From: Candidatus Scalindua sp.
GTDB taxonomy: Bacteria > Planctomycetota > Brocadiia > Brocadiales > Scalinduaceae
Assembly (NCBI GenBank): GCA_046757745.1
Contig: JBHHYW010000001.1
Location: 1-52,579, forward strand
Reading direction: 5' to 3'
DNA: 52,579 nt
Shown here: in pieces, positions 27,511 through 38,071 of the stretch
Layout of the letters: each line of letters starts with the position of its first letter
How positions within the stretch are numbered: the first letter of the stretch is position 1
Notes under the pieces: model-generated
Databases searched by the model: none
What the model was told of the DNA's origin: nothing
The model's input: the letters and a program-made list of their open reading frames with translations, nothing else
Program-made: the position numbers and the translations under genes

Positions 27511-28914
27511 TTAAGTTTTATACTTCCTTGCATTTATTAATACACTTTCTATACCACGCAACAGCCAGAATATTAATCCATATTGAATAGAATACAAAAT
27601 CATGTCATACCAATTATTAATAAAAGAATAGGCCATACTTATAAATAATCCCAGTGTGATAGGGCCCCAAACAGGGTCACTAATCATACTACGCCACAAA
27701 CGATAACTACGCATGATAAGCACTGCAAAGATTATTAACCAGATTCCCATAAAGAAAATCCCGCCATCCAGTCCGGCGCCTAAGAACAGGCTGTGACTTG
27801 GTTGGTTGCCCGCACCTATGCCACTTAGTGGATTTTCTTTTATAGTTTGCCAGGCATTCAAATATAAATACTTTCGTGCACTATCACTATTGCTTAAAAG
27901 ATCTCTCTCTGTACGTGCGTACATGTACTGTAAATAGTTGGCATCTCTAAGAAGACTATCAGAAATATCAAGTCTGAACATTACATTGAAAACCAGAACA
28001 ACCGCAATACCCATACCTATCCCCACAACCATTTTCCTTGAGAAATAACGCAATCCTAAAATCATCCATGCAGCAAAAGAAACAAATAATCCTAATGCGC
28101 CACTGCGGCTAAACGTAAGAACGCAAAACAAAATATTACTTAACAGCGATAACATGAACATTGTCCGCCAAATCCACTTCGTTTCTACTATGAATGCACC
28201 AATACAAATAGGGATAAAAAGATTTATTAAAGCTCCAATTGCCCCATGTGCAGAAATATTAGTAGTATACTCCGATTCCAGGGATTGGTAGCCGTATCCA
28301 CCACCTATGGAAACATAAATATATGCCAAAGAAAAAAACAAATAGCTAATAGACAGAATTCTTATCAGGCGGTAAATCTGTCCAGGATTTTCAAGAACCA
28401 GCACTACAAGAAGATAAAATGCAACACCGCGCAAAAGGGCTTGCAATCGCCACACATTTGCACCACGCACACCATGGTCATTCATAAAAAACAATACAAA
28501 AAGCGCCATAATAATCATTAGAGGTATCATCCATCTCGGTTCCAGAAAGTTAATTGGACGCCTATTAACAATGCGAAATGTAATTGCCAAAGCTATTGTG
28601 CAGACAGTAATGAAAGCAAGAGGGCCAGGCAAGGAAATTGGACCAATGGTAATAGTGTTAGTATTTATAAAAATGGATGATGTAAGATTCATCAACACAA
28701 ATACAGACAGGTAAACTCCTATCTCCAGACGATAAACTATTGCCGAAGTTAATGTAAATGCAAATAACATCAATGAAATCAGGATTGGATCGCCTGCACG
28801 GACTATAGATTTTCCTAAAAAATAAGCTAATGCAATAACGATTAAGAAGCTTATTACTTTCTTTTTGTCGATTCCCTGCAGGGGTGAAATCTTTGTAATT
28901 TTATTATGTGCCAT
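27511..28914 (-). CDS. O-antigen ligase/polymerase (WaaL/Wzy_C) family membrane protein
   Basis: Multi-TM; LTFSRSG, SARKYLY..AW..IKENPLSGIGAG, SHSLFL. Confidence 0.85.
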   Translation of the reverse strand: MAHNKITKISPLQGIDKKKVISFLIVIALAYFLGKSIVRAGDPILISLMLFAFTLTSAIVYRLEIGVYLSVFVLMNLTSSIFINTNTITIGPISLPGPLAFITVCTIALAITFRIVNRRPINFLEPRWMIPLMIIMALFVLFFMNDHGVRGANVWRLQALLRGVAFYLLVVLVLENPGQIYRLIRILSISYLFFSLAYIYVSIGGGYGYQSLESEYTTNISAHGAIGALINLFIPICIGAFIVETKWIWRTMFMLSLLSNILFCVLTFSRSGALGLFVSFAAWMILGLRYFSRKMVVGIGMGIAVVLVFNVMFRLDISDSLLRDANYLQYMYARTERDLLSNSDSARKYLYLNAWQTIKENPLSGIGAGNQPSHSLFLGAGLDGGIFFMGIWLIIFAVLIMRSYRLWRSMISDPVWGPITLGLFISMAYSFINNWYDMILYSIQYGLIFWLLRGIESVLINARKYKT

Positions 28915-28969
28915 TAATGAACACCTGTCACGAATATCTTAGTTTTTTCCTGTAAATATAACAATTTAA

Positions 28970-30196
28970 TCACTCTTTTCTCAGAATACTCTTGTACAGA
29001 TCAATAATACCGGCAATATGTTTATCCATGCTGAAAAGCTTAGCAACTCTGTTTCTGCCATTTGCACCCATGCTGTTTCTGAGGGACGGTTCTTTTAACA
29101 ATTGTACTATCGCTTGCACTAAAGCAGAATGGTCACCTGGCGGCACAAACAATCCGGTATCTTCACCAATAATTTCTCGGGAAGGACCGATATCCGTTAC
29201 CACAACAGGACGTCCGGAAGCCATGGCCTCTATTAGCGGACGCCCAAAACCTTCTGCAGCCTGAGGCAGGAAAGCAACTATATCACTTGTAGCCAGAATC
29301 TCAGGAATATCATTGCTGTAACCTGTAAACACAAAATGTTCATCCAAACCAAAACGGTTAATTTGACGCTGCATGAGTTCCCGGTTGTCGTACGGCAAAC
29401 CAAGGACTGCTTTTACTCTTCCACGAAAGGACTGTGCATACTCAGACCCAACCCCACCTGCAACTATCACAAAACATACATCCGGATGGATTCGTACTAT
29501 TTCCCGAGCAGCTTTAACAAGAAGAAAATGCCCCTTAACCGTCTGCACACTGCCAATCATTAATACAACAGGCGCAGAGCTTGAAATGCCGAATTTGTCT
29601 CTTATAACATCTCTTTTTTTTTTGATATCGATTTGATAATCTTGTAAATCAAGAGCGTTGTGAATCACATGTACCCTGTCCTTTTTTTTAAAAAACTGTT
29701 TTACATAATTACTGTTAACAATTACGATATCAGCCATCCGCATAATAAATCCAGTTTGCCATCGCCGCAATAATCGATTAGAACCGGGAACCTCACGTAC
29801 ATGCCATACTAATGGCACGTTCATACGTTTTACCGCAATGGCTACAGGAATCAGAACACTCGTGTTTAAATGCACCAGGTCAGGTTGTTCCTCACGAATA
29901 ATTTGTTTGGTCAATTGAACAGTAGACCAAAAATATATAAAAAATGATAATAACATTCGCATCCGAACAGGCACATGAGCCCCATAAAAAAATGCACTGC
30001 GAAGAGTTACAACCCGTGTTGAGATTCCAAGATTCTTAGCAAACTCGAGGATTGGTCCGAAATGTGTAAATATAACCAGAGGTTTCAAACCTTGCTGTTT
30101 CAATGTTACCAGCATTTGAAGCATACTAATTGGTGCTCCACCTATGCTACCGCCATGATGGATATAAACCACTTTTTTTGAATGTAAAGAACTCAT
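28970..30196 (-). CDS. Glycosyltransferase family 4
   Basis: GGAPIS, VWHVRE, KGH, EGFGRPLIEAMASG. Confidence 0.93.
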   Translation of the reverse strand: MSSLHSKKVVYIHHGGSIGGAPISMLQMLVTLKQQGLKPLVIFTHFGPILEFAKNLGISTRVVTLRSAFFYGAHVPVRMRMLLSFFIYFWSTVQLTKQIIREEQPDLVHLNTSVLIPVAIAVKRMNVPLVWHVREVPGSNRLLRRWQTGFIMRMADIVIVNSNYVKQFFKKKDRVHVIHNALDLQDYQIDIKKKRDVIRDKFGISSSAPVVLMIGSVQTVKGHFLLVKAAREIVRIHPDVCFVIVAGGVGSEYAQSFRGRVKAVLGLPYDNRELMQRQINRFGLDEHFVFTGYSNDIPEILATSDIVAFLPQAAEGFGRPLIEAMASGRPVVVTDIGPSREIIGEDTGLFVPPGDHSALVQAIVQLLKEPSLRNSMGANGRNRVAKLFSMDKHIAGIIDLYKSILRKE

Positions 30197-31149
30197 TATA
30201 TGGCTTTTTGGTTGGTAAGTAATTCCTTAGTACGCTTGATTCGGAAGTAATCTTGATAACGCTTCCAAAACGTCTGCGGTATGAAAACCAAATTCCATAC
30301 TAAGCAAATTAATATGAGGAAAAAATTGAATAAGACCCCTTTTGGACGAAACCTTTGATTAACATAGTCCTCTTTGCCAATTCGACAGAAAGGATTGCAA
30401 CCAACATTGAATAAAGAATAAATGGTACGTATAACATCAAAGAATGATTTATTTTTTATGGCCAAGCGAATTGTATTACGTATACAGAGGTAACTTTGCC
30501 AGAGAGGTCGCTTACCAAATGATCCTTCTGAAAAGTGCCAAATAGGTATAGAAACGTTGACCATTCTATATCCAGCCACTTTTGCACGGATTTCAAAGTC
30601 GTTCTCTTCACCATATGCAAAATATGATTCGTCAAACAGGCCAATGTTCTCAAATACAGTTCTTCGCACCAACATTGCAACTCCTCGTACATTATTTGTT
30701 TCAGTAACTTCAGGTTCAATTTTTCTCTCTAGAGCAATTTTAAAGGCTTCTTTTGAGTTATGTATCTTTTTATCATATAAGTCAAAACCTACAATTCCTA
30801 TTAAGGGAGAGTTTTCCGCAGCTTTTACACCTTCATTAATCCATCTGGGATCAAACAACACATCATCATTAACCAACGCTATATAGTCTGCATCTTGAGA
30901 TAAAGCATGTCGTATACCTACATTATTTCCACCTGCCCAGCCCAAATTTTTTTTGTTAGAAATAATCTCTACGCGGGGAAAACTTTTTTTTACAAATTTT
31001 ACAGAATTGTCTGTTGAGGCATTATTCACTAAACTAACAATAAATTTGGAATATTCAGTTTGAAATAATGACGGCAAAGAATATTCTAAATGGCAACGTC
31101 CATTATATGTTAGCATAATTACATTTACTAATAACGGGGCGGGGGACAT
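30196..31149 (-). CDS. Glycosyltransferase family 2 (rhamnosyltransferase-like)
   Basis: NNASTD, NLGWAGGNN, VNDD, GLFDESYFAYGEEND. Confidence 0.92.
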   Translation of the reverse strand: MSPAPLLVNVIMLTYNGRCHLEYSLPSLFQTEYSKFIVSLVNNASTDNSVKFVKKSFPRVEIISNKKNLGWAGGNNVGIRHALSQDADYIALVNDDVLFDPRWINEGVKAAENSPLIGIVGFDLYDKKIHNSKEAFKIALERKIEPEVTETNNVRGVAMLVRRTVFENIGLFDESYFAYGEENDFEIRAKVAGYRMVNVSIPIWHFSEGSFGKRPLWQSYLCIRNTIRLAIKNKSFFDVIRTIYSLFNVGCNPFCRIGKEDYVNQRFRPKGVLFNFFLILICLVWNLVFIPQTFWKRYQDYFRIKRTKELLTNQKAI

Positions 31150-31269
31150 TATATATGATTATTTAACTCTGGTTTTTCAGGCTATTTTCTAAGTGTAAAA
31201 GCGTTAGTATCCTTTTCTGAAAGTGTGGGTTTACCTATAAGAATAGGCTGATTTTTTGCAGAAGTTGTT

Positions 31270-32190
31270 TTAGTATTTTTTTCTTGCATAAAACACCATA
31301 TAACTGCCTGGTGATAACATACCTAAAAAACCAAGTATTCTTGTTTTAAGTGATCTTTGCCGATTACTTGATAACACTTGAGAAGATTCTCTAGATTGAT
31401 CAGACTTGTTCCCCAGCAAAGATTTCTTCCTATACGTTATCGGTTTTATTAAAGACCTTAAACGATCAACAAGCCATTCAGAAGAGAAATATTTTCTTTT
31501 AACAACTTTAAAGCCGTTTTTTTCTAATAATGAAGTTAAGCTTTTCGGAGTAAAATGTATCACGTGATATGGAAAACCCAAAACAGCCTGGCGAATTTCC
31601 GGATTGGTACTAACATCAATGCTACCGAAGTTCGGAGCGGCTACTACGAGCAGGCCATCAATCGCCATCAATTCATGTAATTTATCTAAGAAAGCACAAG
31701 GTTGATATAAATGTTCCAAAACATGAAAAGTTGTGATGACATCAAACTGGAAAGATGGATTTAATGAATTAATATTCCCACACATAACAACACTTTCATC
31801 AAGTTTCCAGAACTCACGCGCATGGTGAATCCCTTCTTTTGAAAGATCAATACCAAACGCTTGCCAGTTACGTTCCCTGGCGCTATAAACAAAAGCCCCT
31901 CCCCCGCATCCAACATCTAGAAGCCTTCCTTTCCGGGGTACTAATTTTTCAATGTCGGCCAATTCACTATACTGGCTTGGCAGCCAGTCAGTTGACCATG
32001 ATGCTACACAACTTTCCGTATAATTGCAGTCTTTCTCATACATACGATTTAACTCTTCTTCACACATACGAACACGGGTATAGTAACAACTACACTTTAG
32101 ACAACGCACTACCGTACACCCAGTTTCAGAATCCTGGTACAACAATTCCGCTTTCCGGGCAGAACACTGATAACAACTTGCTGTTTCCAT
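31270..32190 (-). CDS. Class I SAM-dependent methyltransferase with N-terminal CxxC..CxxC
   Basis: CYQC..CLKC, LLDVGCGGG, FHVLEH, APN. Confidence 0.9.
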   Translation of the reverse strand: METASCYQCSARKAELLYQDSETGCTVVRCLKCSCYYTRVRMCEEELNRMYEKDCNYTESCVASWSTDWLPSQYSELADIEKLVPRKGRLLDVGCGGGAFVYSARERNWQAFGIDLSKEGIHHAREFWKLDESVVMCGNINSLNPSFQFDVITTFHVLEHLYQPCAFLDKLHELMAIDGLLVVAAPNFGSIDVSTNPEIRQAVLGFPYHVIHFTPKSLTSLLEKNGFKVVKRKYFSSEWLVDRLRSLIKPITYRKKSLLGNKSDQSRESSQVLSSNRQRSLKTRILGFLGMLSPGSYMVFYARKKY

Positions 32191-32206
32191 CTTTAAACCT
32201 ATCGTT

Positions 32207-33532
32207 TTATTGAAAAAATCTCAGGGATTCTCGCTGTCTCTGTAACAGCGCTATGTAAAAACGCAATTCTGTAAAGCCGGGCAAAAACTCCTGTAAATGC
32301 CTGCCTGTTAGATGTATAAAGCATATCAATAAAAACACCATTGAAACAAACTGCCCTACTGACGTTGCCACTGAAGCGCCTATGATTCCAAACTCAGGAA
32401 CAAGCCAGCAGGCAAGACCGGCATTGACGCAGACAGCCAGAATGGCAGCAATTGAATTTAAACCCAGACAATTTTCAAATGCAAGATAGCTGGTAAAAAT
32501 CTGGCCAACGCCACGTGCAACTATACCCACAAGCAGGAACAGCATCGGTGTATAAGCCGGAACAAAAGCCGCTCCGTATAAAAATCGGATTAACGGCATA
32601 CCCACTACAACCAGCGCTATAGTGCCTGCCACAAGCACTAATAATGTATGGCGGGTTAAGTTTATCGTCTTTGACAATACCTCCGACTTCGTCTGACTAT
32701 TACCCGGCATCCAGGATTGCAACACTGTACGAATAGATGTTGAAAAAAGTAAAAGGAAATTGGCTACACCGAGCGCGGTGGAGAACCACCCCACAGCCTT
32801 TTGATCCGAATAAATATTTAATATAAAAATACCCAACTGATTTCCCAATAAAACAGCTACCATGCCTCCCTGGACTTTTATCCCTCCCAGGAGAGATTCC
32901 TTTATCAGCCTGAAATTTACACACAAATGTCTGGCAGTTACCTTTCTCCATACAATATAAAATGAGAGTAAAGCCACCACAGCATGGGAGGTCACCAACG
33001 CTAATACAGCCACTTTTACATTACCCGGCCATATCCAAATCCATAATAGAAGAACAGACAACCAAACACCAGCCCGGATCAAACATAAAATATTATATAA
33101 ACCCACTCGGCCATCCAGTTGGACCAGCCGGCTGTAAAAAAGAAAACCCAGGTTAAACGGAACCATCCAGAAAGCCAACCATAGCAAACCGGAACTTACG
33201 CCTTTAAAAACTGAGTTTGCCAGCAAGGGATAACCAACTAATATTATGACCGCAATCAGCACACTAGACGCTAAGAGAATAACCAGGTTATTGCCGGCCA
33301 AGGCTTCCGTTTGCCGATGTTCTTTCCGCATTTGATAAAGCATGACTTCCGGCAAGCCAAATTGCCCTAATGCAATTAAAATGCTAACGGCCTGGACAGC
33401 AACCACATAAGTCCCTTTTCCTGCAGGACCTAAGGCACGAGCTATTACAACCGAAGCCAGTATGCTCAGTATAATCACCCCGGCTGAAGAGCCCAGTGTA
33501 CGCACCAGATTGCCTATGAAGGAACCTCTCAT
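32207..33532 (-). CDS. wzx: Wzx-type oligosaccharide flippase (MOP superfamily)
   Basis: About 12 TM; IARALGPAGKG, VGWFSTA, FLYGAAFVPA, LVPEFGIIGASVATS. Confidence 0.9.
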   Translation of the reverse strand: MRGSFIGNLVRTLGSSAGVIILSILASVVIARALGPAGKGTYVVAVQAVSILIALGQFGLPEVMLYQMRKEHRQTEALAGNNLVILLASSVLIAVIILVGYPLLANSVFKGVSSGLLWLAFWMVPFNLGFLFYSRLVQLDGRVGLYNILCLIRAGVWLSVLLLWIWIWPGNVKVAVLALVTSHAVVALLSFYIVWRKVTARHLCVNFRLIKESLLGGIKVQGGMVAVLLGNQLGIFILNIYSDQKAVGWFSTALGVANFLLLFSTSIRTVLQSWMPGNSQTKSEVLSKTINLTRHTLLVLVAGTIALVVVGMPLIRFLYGAAFVPAYTPMLFLLVGIVARGVGQIFTSYLAFENCLGLNSIAAILAVCVNAGLACWLVPEFGIIGASVATSVGQFVSMVFLLICFIHLTGRHLQEFLPGFTELRFYIALLQRQRESLRFFQ

Positions 33533-33690
33533 TTAACAGACCGTCCTTAACCTCAATGGAATTTTAAATGTTTTCCGTTTTATTTAATTGGGTAGCCGCA
33601 AAACCAGCATAAACAATTTTCTCTGAAGACCACCGATAAATTTAGCCATCAACTTTCCGGTTAATATAAGTCCTTATCCTTACACAAGGA

Positions 33691-33774
33691 GCGTTTTCAA
33701 AGGCCAGGCCCTAATTCTTTATGTACTTCAATTGCAAGTCCAATAATTTTATTAGATAACTTATCAAATTCCAT
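33691..33774 (-). pseudogene. GxxExxY-family protein, N-terminal remnant
   Basis: MEFDKLSNKIIGLAIEVHKELGPGL followed by a frameshift (ctt tga aaa cgc) where GLLExxY is expected; the rest is deleted. Confidence 0.85.
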
Positions 33775-33794
33775 AACTGCCTTCTGGTATAATA

Positions 33795-33825
33795 TTCGTG
33801 ACTTCGTCTTCTTCGTGGTTCGTTA
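33795..33825. repeat. TTCGT low-complexity repeat just upstream of the GxxExxY remnant
   Basis: ttcgtg-ac-ttcgtc-ttc-ttcgtg-g-ttcgtt. Confidence 0.6.
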
Positions 33826-33939
33826 TAATTTAAAACTTCTGGGTAAGTTAAGTTTGCGGAAAAGGGTGTTAGGAAATTCACCCCTTTATTATGAGGACTA
33901 AAAGGAATTTATTTAATTCGTTTACTAAAACATACACAA

Positions 33940-35985
33940 TTATTTTCTAGAAACATGTGTTTTAATATGGGTGCACATCGTATGATCCAAAGAGACTCGC
34001 AACGTAAACCCTTTGGTCTTAAGTCCATAAGATATAGCAAACTCAACAGGATACATTGAAGTGCTAAGTAAGGTATCAGATATAATTTTTATGCACACCA
34101 GACCTACCTCACAAAATACTTCTTTACCATTCCCACTAGTTTGCATTGTACACTCATAGGGAAGGTGCCAATAAATAAACGAATTGTCTGCAGGTTCAAT
34201 TTCATCTTCGATCACAAAACTACCACGATTTTCAGTTTTGTATATAAACTTTCTCTTATGCCTCACATGCAGATTTTCGTGAACAACTGTGGCTCTCTCT
34301 GCCACCAACCACACATCTTCCTGTCCACTATGCCATTCCAATACTTGTACAACCGCATCTCTCTCTAAACGAAAAGGCTCATCAGTAGGTATTCGATTAA
34401 TTTCATAGCCTCCAACCATTACAGTATTGTGCATGACCGTAGAACGAAAATGATTACGTTGGGCCAAATCTGATGTATAACAAAATGTACCAGGATCAAT
34501 AAAAACTGGCTGACCACTTAACCAAAGTTCGAGAGAAAGGGTATCATTGTGGGCGTGAGCTGTAGGAGCGTTAACGGGAGCCAAACCAGTCCTAACAATT
34601 GCATAGTCTCCCCTATCTCTGTTATTTATAGTATAAAGTCCACCCTCAGGGAATTTTTTGCAGCTTAAGGTTTTGGTATTAGATATCAAAGATTTGAACT
34701 TCTCGACTCCATCTTGTCCTAACAGCCAAAACACATCTTCAGGACACTCCTCTCCAGCAGCAACCTTAAAATCACTTCGATTAAAGAGCACAGCGCCCAA
34801 TGCCAACAAATAACGGTGATCATGGCGAGGCCAGTCAGGATATCCGTTCAGTATCAGAAGCCGACCATCATCGTTGTCTCCAATCTGCGGTACACACCCG
34901 TCAGGACGTTTCATGTATAAAATTACTTCTAACATTTTTTCTAAACGTGCCCAATATTCTCCAGTCATTTTATATCCTACCCGTTTGGCCAGGATGGCAG
35001 GAATTAAGAACAATTCAACTGCCAATCTATGATAACTGGTTGAAGACTCAAAAAAAAAACCATCAGATAGTACCTGTCGTCTTATTTCATTTTCCAGCGA
35101 TTTCAAACCAACTTTACGCCAGCGCTCTACCCCTGGCAACTCATGACATATTAAACCCAAACAAGCAAGTGCACATACATTCGACAAGTAATGGTTGGCT
35201 TTTATGATTTGTCCTCTTTGTACTCCCACCTCTAAATTATGCTCAATATATGTGGCATGTTGCCACAGACTCAGAGATAACTTTCTTTTTCGTTTAGACG
35301 TCCACGCTGATGCAGTAGAAAGCAACATGAAAGCCCATAACCAGTTAACTGCCCTAATAGCAACTTCCATGGTACAGGTCCAATTAATACCATAGCACCA
35401 GGGATTGGAGGACAACCAACTTTCCCATTGGCTAAAACATTCTTCGGCATACTTTTTATCATTTGTTAAATACCACAATTGAGCCAACACTACCATTTGG
35501 TGGCATCGGCTCAGCTCCCAGGGAATTTTCACATCAATTCCATTACCAGGTGTCAAATCACTAATAGCGTAATCTGTATAAAAGCGCATAGGCCATTTAT
35601 GGCCAGACTTAATATCCTTGTGCCAGTTGATTTTGTTACCCCAATGTTTGTAACCTGTTCCGAGAAAATCAAAAATATGGTTCTTAATCTGATCTGCAGA
35701 AACACGTTTCTTCTCAATTGCTTTAGGGAAATTCTTTAAAAACCAATTTACATCGTTACCGTTGGAGAAAACATAAAGAGAACAGACAGTTCTTTGATCC
35801 TTGTCCGTCTGTCTCCATATGTAATACGAAAGAAGGCCATAATAACTTGCCGAAAAAATACGTTTGTTAAGGCGATCAATCACCAGTATTAACCCTCTTA
35901 AAATGCCAAAAAGTTCAGTGTAATGTTTGGTCATTATACCATAGTCATGTAGATGTCTTAACCAGCTCATTCTAGCTAAAAACAT
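33940..35985 (-). CDS. Heparinase II/III-like (alginate-lyase-like N-terminus) protein, second copy
   Basis: DVKIPWELSRCH, NWTCTMEVAIR, ANHYLSN, FESSTSYHRL, IGDNDDGR, HAHND, DPGTFCYT, FRSTVMHNTV. Start uncertain. Confidence 0.9.
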   Translation of the reverse strand: MFLARMSWLRHLHDYGIMTKHYTELFGILRGLILVIDRLNKRIFSASYYGLLSYYIWRQTDKDQRTVCSLYVFSNGNDVNWFLKNFPKAIEKKRVSADQIKNHIFDFLGTGYKHWGNKINWHKDIKSGHKWPMRFYTDYAISDLTPGNGIDVKIPWELSRCHQMVVLAQLWYLTNDKKYAEECFSQWESWLSSNPWCYGINWTCTMEVAIRAVNWLWAFMLLSTASAWTSKRKRKLSLSLWQHATYIEHNLEVGVQRGQIIKANHYLSNVCALACLGLICHELPGVERWRKVGLKSLENEIRRQVLSDGFFFESSTSYHRLAVELFLIPAILAKRVGYKMTGEYWARLEKMLEVILYMKRPDGCVPQIGDNDDGRLLILNGYPDWPRHDHRYLLALGAVLFNRSDFKVAAGEECPEDVFWLLGQDGVEKFKSLISNTKTLSCKKFPEGGLYTINNRDRGDYAIVRTGLAPVNAPTAHAHNDTLSLELWLSGQPVFIDPGTFCYTSDLAQRNHFRSTVMHNTVMVGGYEINRIPTDEPFRLERDAVVQVLEWHSGQEDVWLVAERATVVHENLHVRHKRKFIYKTENRGSFVIEDEIEPADNSFIYWHLPYECTMQTSGNGKEVFCEVGLVCIKIISDTLLSTSMYPVEFAISYGLKTKGFTLRVSLDHTMCTHIKTHVSRK

Positions 35986-36027
35986 AATTATTAAGCTGTA
36001 AAAAAATGCGGATAGGTTTATGTGCTT

Positions 36028-37938
36028 TCAAACTTCTACAGGGACTCCTTCAATCCAATGCTTATGCCATAAAGCAAGGTTCATTAACAACCAGATATTC
36101 ATTCCATTATCAACACTACCGTTACGGTGTCGGGCAAACATCTTCCGCACTTTTTCTAAATCTAGCCACTCTCTAAACCAGTCTGAACTAAAAACGGCCC
36201 TTTCTGCATAGTCTTCTACTGTACCACTTATCATATTACTTGCACTACCACAAAAACCATGCTTTGAACGGTCAATCACATAGTCAGGTATGATCCCTCT
36301 GGCAGCCTTTTTGAGTATCGCTTTCGTTTGTCCATTTCTTATTTTAAGTATTGACGGAATGGCAAGGGTAAACAGGGCCAATTCGTGGTCAAGATATGGC
36401 ACACGGGCTTCAACCGAAGACGCCATAGCCATTTTATCTACTCTCATCAGTAATAGTTCGGGCAGGCGGTGTTGTAATTCTATATAAATCATCAGATCAA
36501 GTGAGTTATTATCAGGATGTCCTCTTTGAAATTGTTGGTGCCATTTGTTTACGACTGTTAACGTGGACTTATTATCCCATTGCCCATTACGTAACAATGA
36601 TCGTTTTTCCAACTCAGTCAGGGCTGTAGCACTTGACCAAAAGAAAGGTTCATTTTGGGCAGCCTTTCTCAAATATTCCGCGCGACGCGGGGGCAATACA
36701 ATTTCCCCTAAAGCTGCAACAGGTTTTTTTACCCAGGACGGTAACGAGGCAAAAGGATGAAAATATCTATGTTCAAAATTTATTGATTGAGTATAGCCAG
36801 TATAGCCACCAAAGAGTTCATCGCTTCCTTCACCCACCTGTATCACTATGGTTCCGTTTTGTCGGGCTAAACGGCTCACATAGTAAAGCGGAACACAAAC
36901 AGGATCAGATAAAGGCTCATCCTGGAAATAGGCCATTTGCGGTAAGAAATTTATAAAGTCTTTAGATGTAATTTCTACCTCGTGATGGTTAGTACCAAAA
37001 TGTTCTGCAACAGCTCTGGCATGTTTAAGCTCATCAGACCTGATATCATCTTTAATAGAAACAGAAAAAGTGTCCACAGGGCGGTCCATAAATTCACTCA
37101 TTAATGCCACATTTAGACTTGAATCCACTCCACCGCTCAGAAAAACTCCAAAAGGCACATCGCTCATCATGCGCAGTCGAATGGATTCACGTAATAATTC
37201 TCTTAATCTATCGACTACTTCGGTTTCATCAATACCTTCCAGGCCATTGTCGTGAATTATGGGTTCCCAATAGCGAGACATAGTCTTATTACCGTTTTCA
37301 GATATAGTTAAAATATGTCCCGGTGGTAACTTACAAATACCTTGAAACATTGTCATTGGGCTGGGTGTTACCAACAATGTCAGGTAGTTATATAACGCTT
37401 TATCATCTACTTCTTTTTTGATACCGGGCAAGGCCAGAATAGCCTTGATTTCTGAGGCAAAAATAAGACATCCATTCTGTTCGGCATAGTATAGTGGTTT
37501 TATCCCCACTCTATCACGGGCAAGGAAAAGTTTGCGTTTATTCACATCCCATATTGCAAATGCAAACATACCCCGTAATCTATCAACACAACCTTCTCCC
37601 CATTCTTCATACGCATGGATAACCGATTCCGTATCCGCCCTGGAACTGTAAACATGACCTAGCTTTTCTAACTCCTTACGTAAATCACAATGGTTGTATA
37701 TCTCACCATTAAAAACAATCCAGACTGTTCCATCTTCATTACTCATCGGCTGATGGCCACCTTCAAGATCAATAATGCTCAAACGACGAAACCCGAAACC
37801 CAGGCGATGATCATGGCTAAGATACGTACCACTGTCATCAGGGCCGCGATGGGTCATGGTATCAGCCATGCCACTCAATATTTCATGGCCCAATTCGGCA
37901 TAACCGTCTAAATCAAGTATACCGCAAATTCCGCACAT
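36028..37938 (-). CDS. asnB: Asparagine synthase (glutamine-hydrolysing)-like amidotransferase
   Basis: MCGICG, HRGPD, RRLSIID, FNGEIYN, RDRVGIKPLYY, FLSGGVDSS, GEGSDELFGGY. Probably amidates a sugar, given the context. Confidence 0.95.
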   Translation of the reverse strand: MCGICGILDLDGYAELGHEILSGMADTMTHRGPDDSGTYLSHDHRLGFGFRRLSIIDLEGGHQPMSNEDGTVWIVFNGEIYNHCDLRKELEKLGHVYSSRADTESVIHAYEEWGEGCVDRLRGMFAFAIWDVNKRKLFLARDRVGIKPLYYAEQNGCLIFASEIKAILALPGIKKEVDDKALYNYLTLLVTPSPMTMFQGICKLPPGHILTISENGNKTMSRYWEPIIHDNGLEGIDETEVVDRLRELLRESIRLRMMSDVPFGVFLSGGVDSSLNVALMSEFMDRPVDTFSVSIKDDIRSDELKHARAVAEHFGTNHHEVEITSKDFINFLPQMAYFQDEPLSDPVCVPLYYVSRLARQNGTIVIQVGEGSDELFGGYTGYTQSINFEHRYFHPFASLPSWVKKPVAALGEIVLPPRRAEYLRKAAQNEPFFWSSATALTELEKRSLLRNGQWDNKSTLTVVNKWHQQFQRGHPDNNSLDLMIYIELQHRLPELLLMRVDKMAMASSVEARVPYLDHELALFTLAIPSILKIRNGQTKAILKKAARGIIPDYVIDRSKHGFCGSASNMISGTVEDYAERAVFSSDWFREWLDLEKVRKMFARHRNGSVDNGMNIWLLMNLALWHKHWIEGVPVEV

Positions 37939-38021
37939 AATATGCTAAAAGAAATATATAAGGTATTAGGTAAAGGTTAAGAAGCCGGCATGGTAACCAA
38001 GTTAAGGGCAACAATAATGTT

Positions 38022-38071
38022 GACAGTAATCAGTATGCAGTAGATAGCTTACTGATTATTTATGCCTATTG
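38022..38071. repeat. Head-to-head heptamer arrays forming an imperfect hairpin
   Basis: taatcag tatgcag tagatag, then ctta ctgatta..tgccta; same unit family as 1343-1377. Confidence 0.6.
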
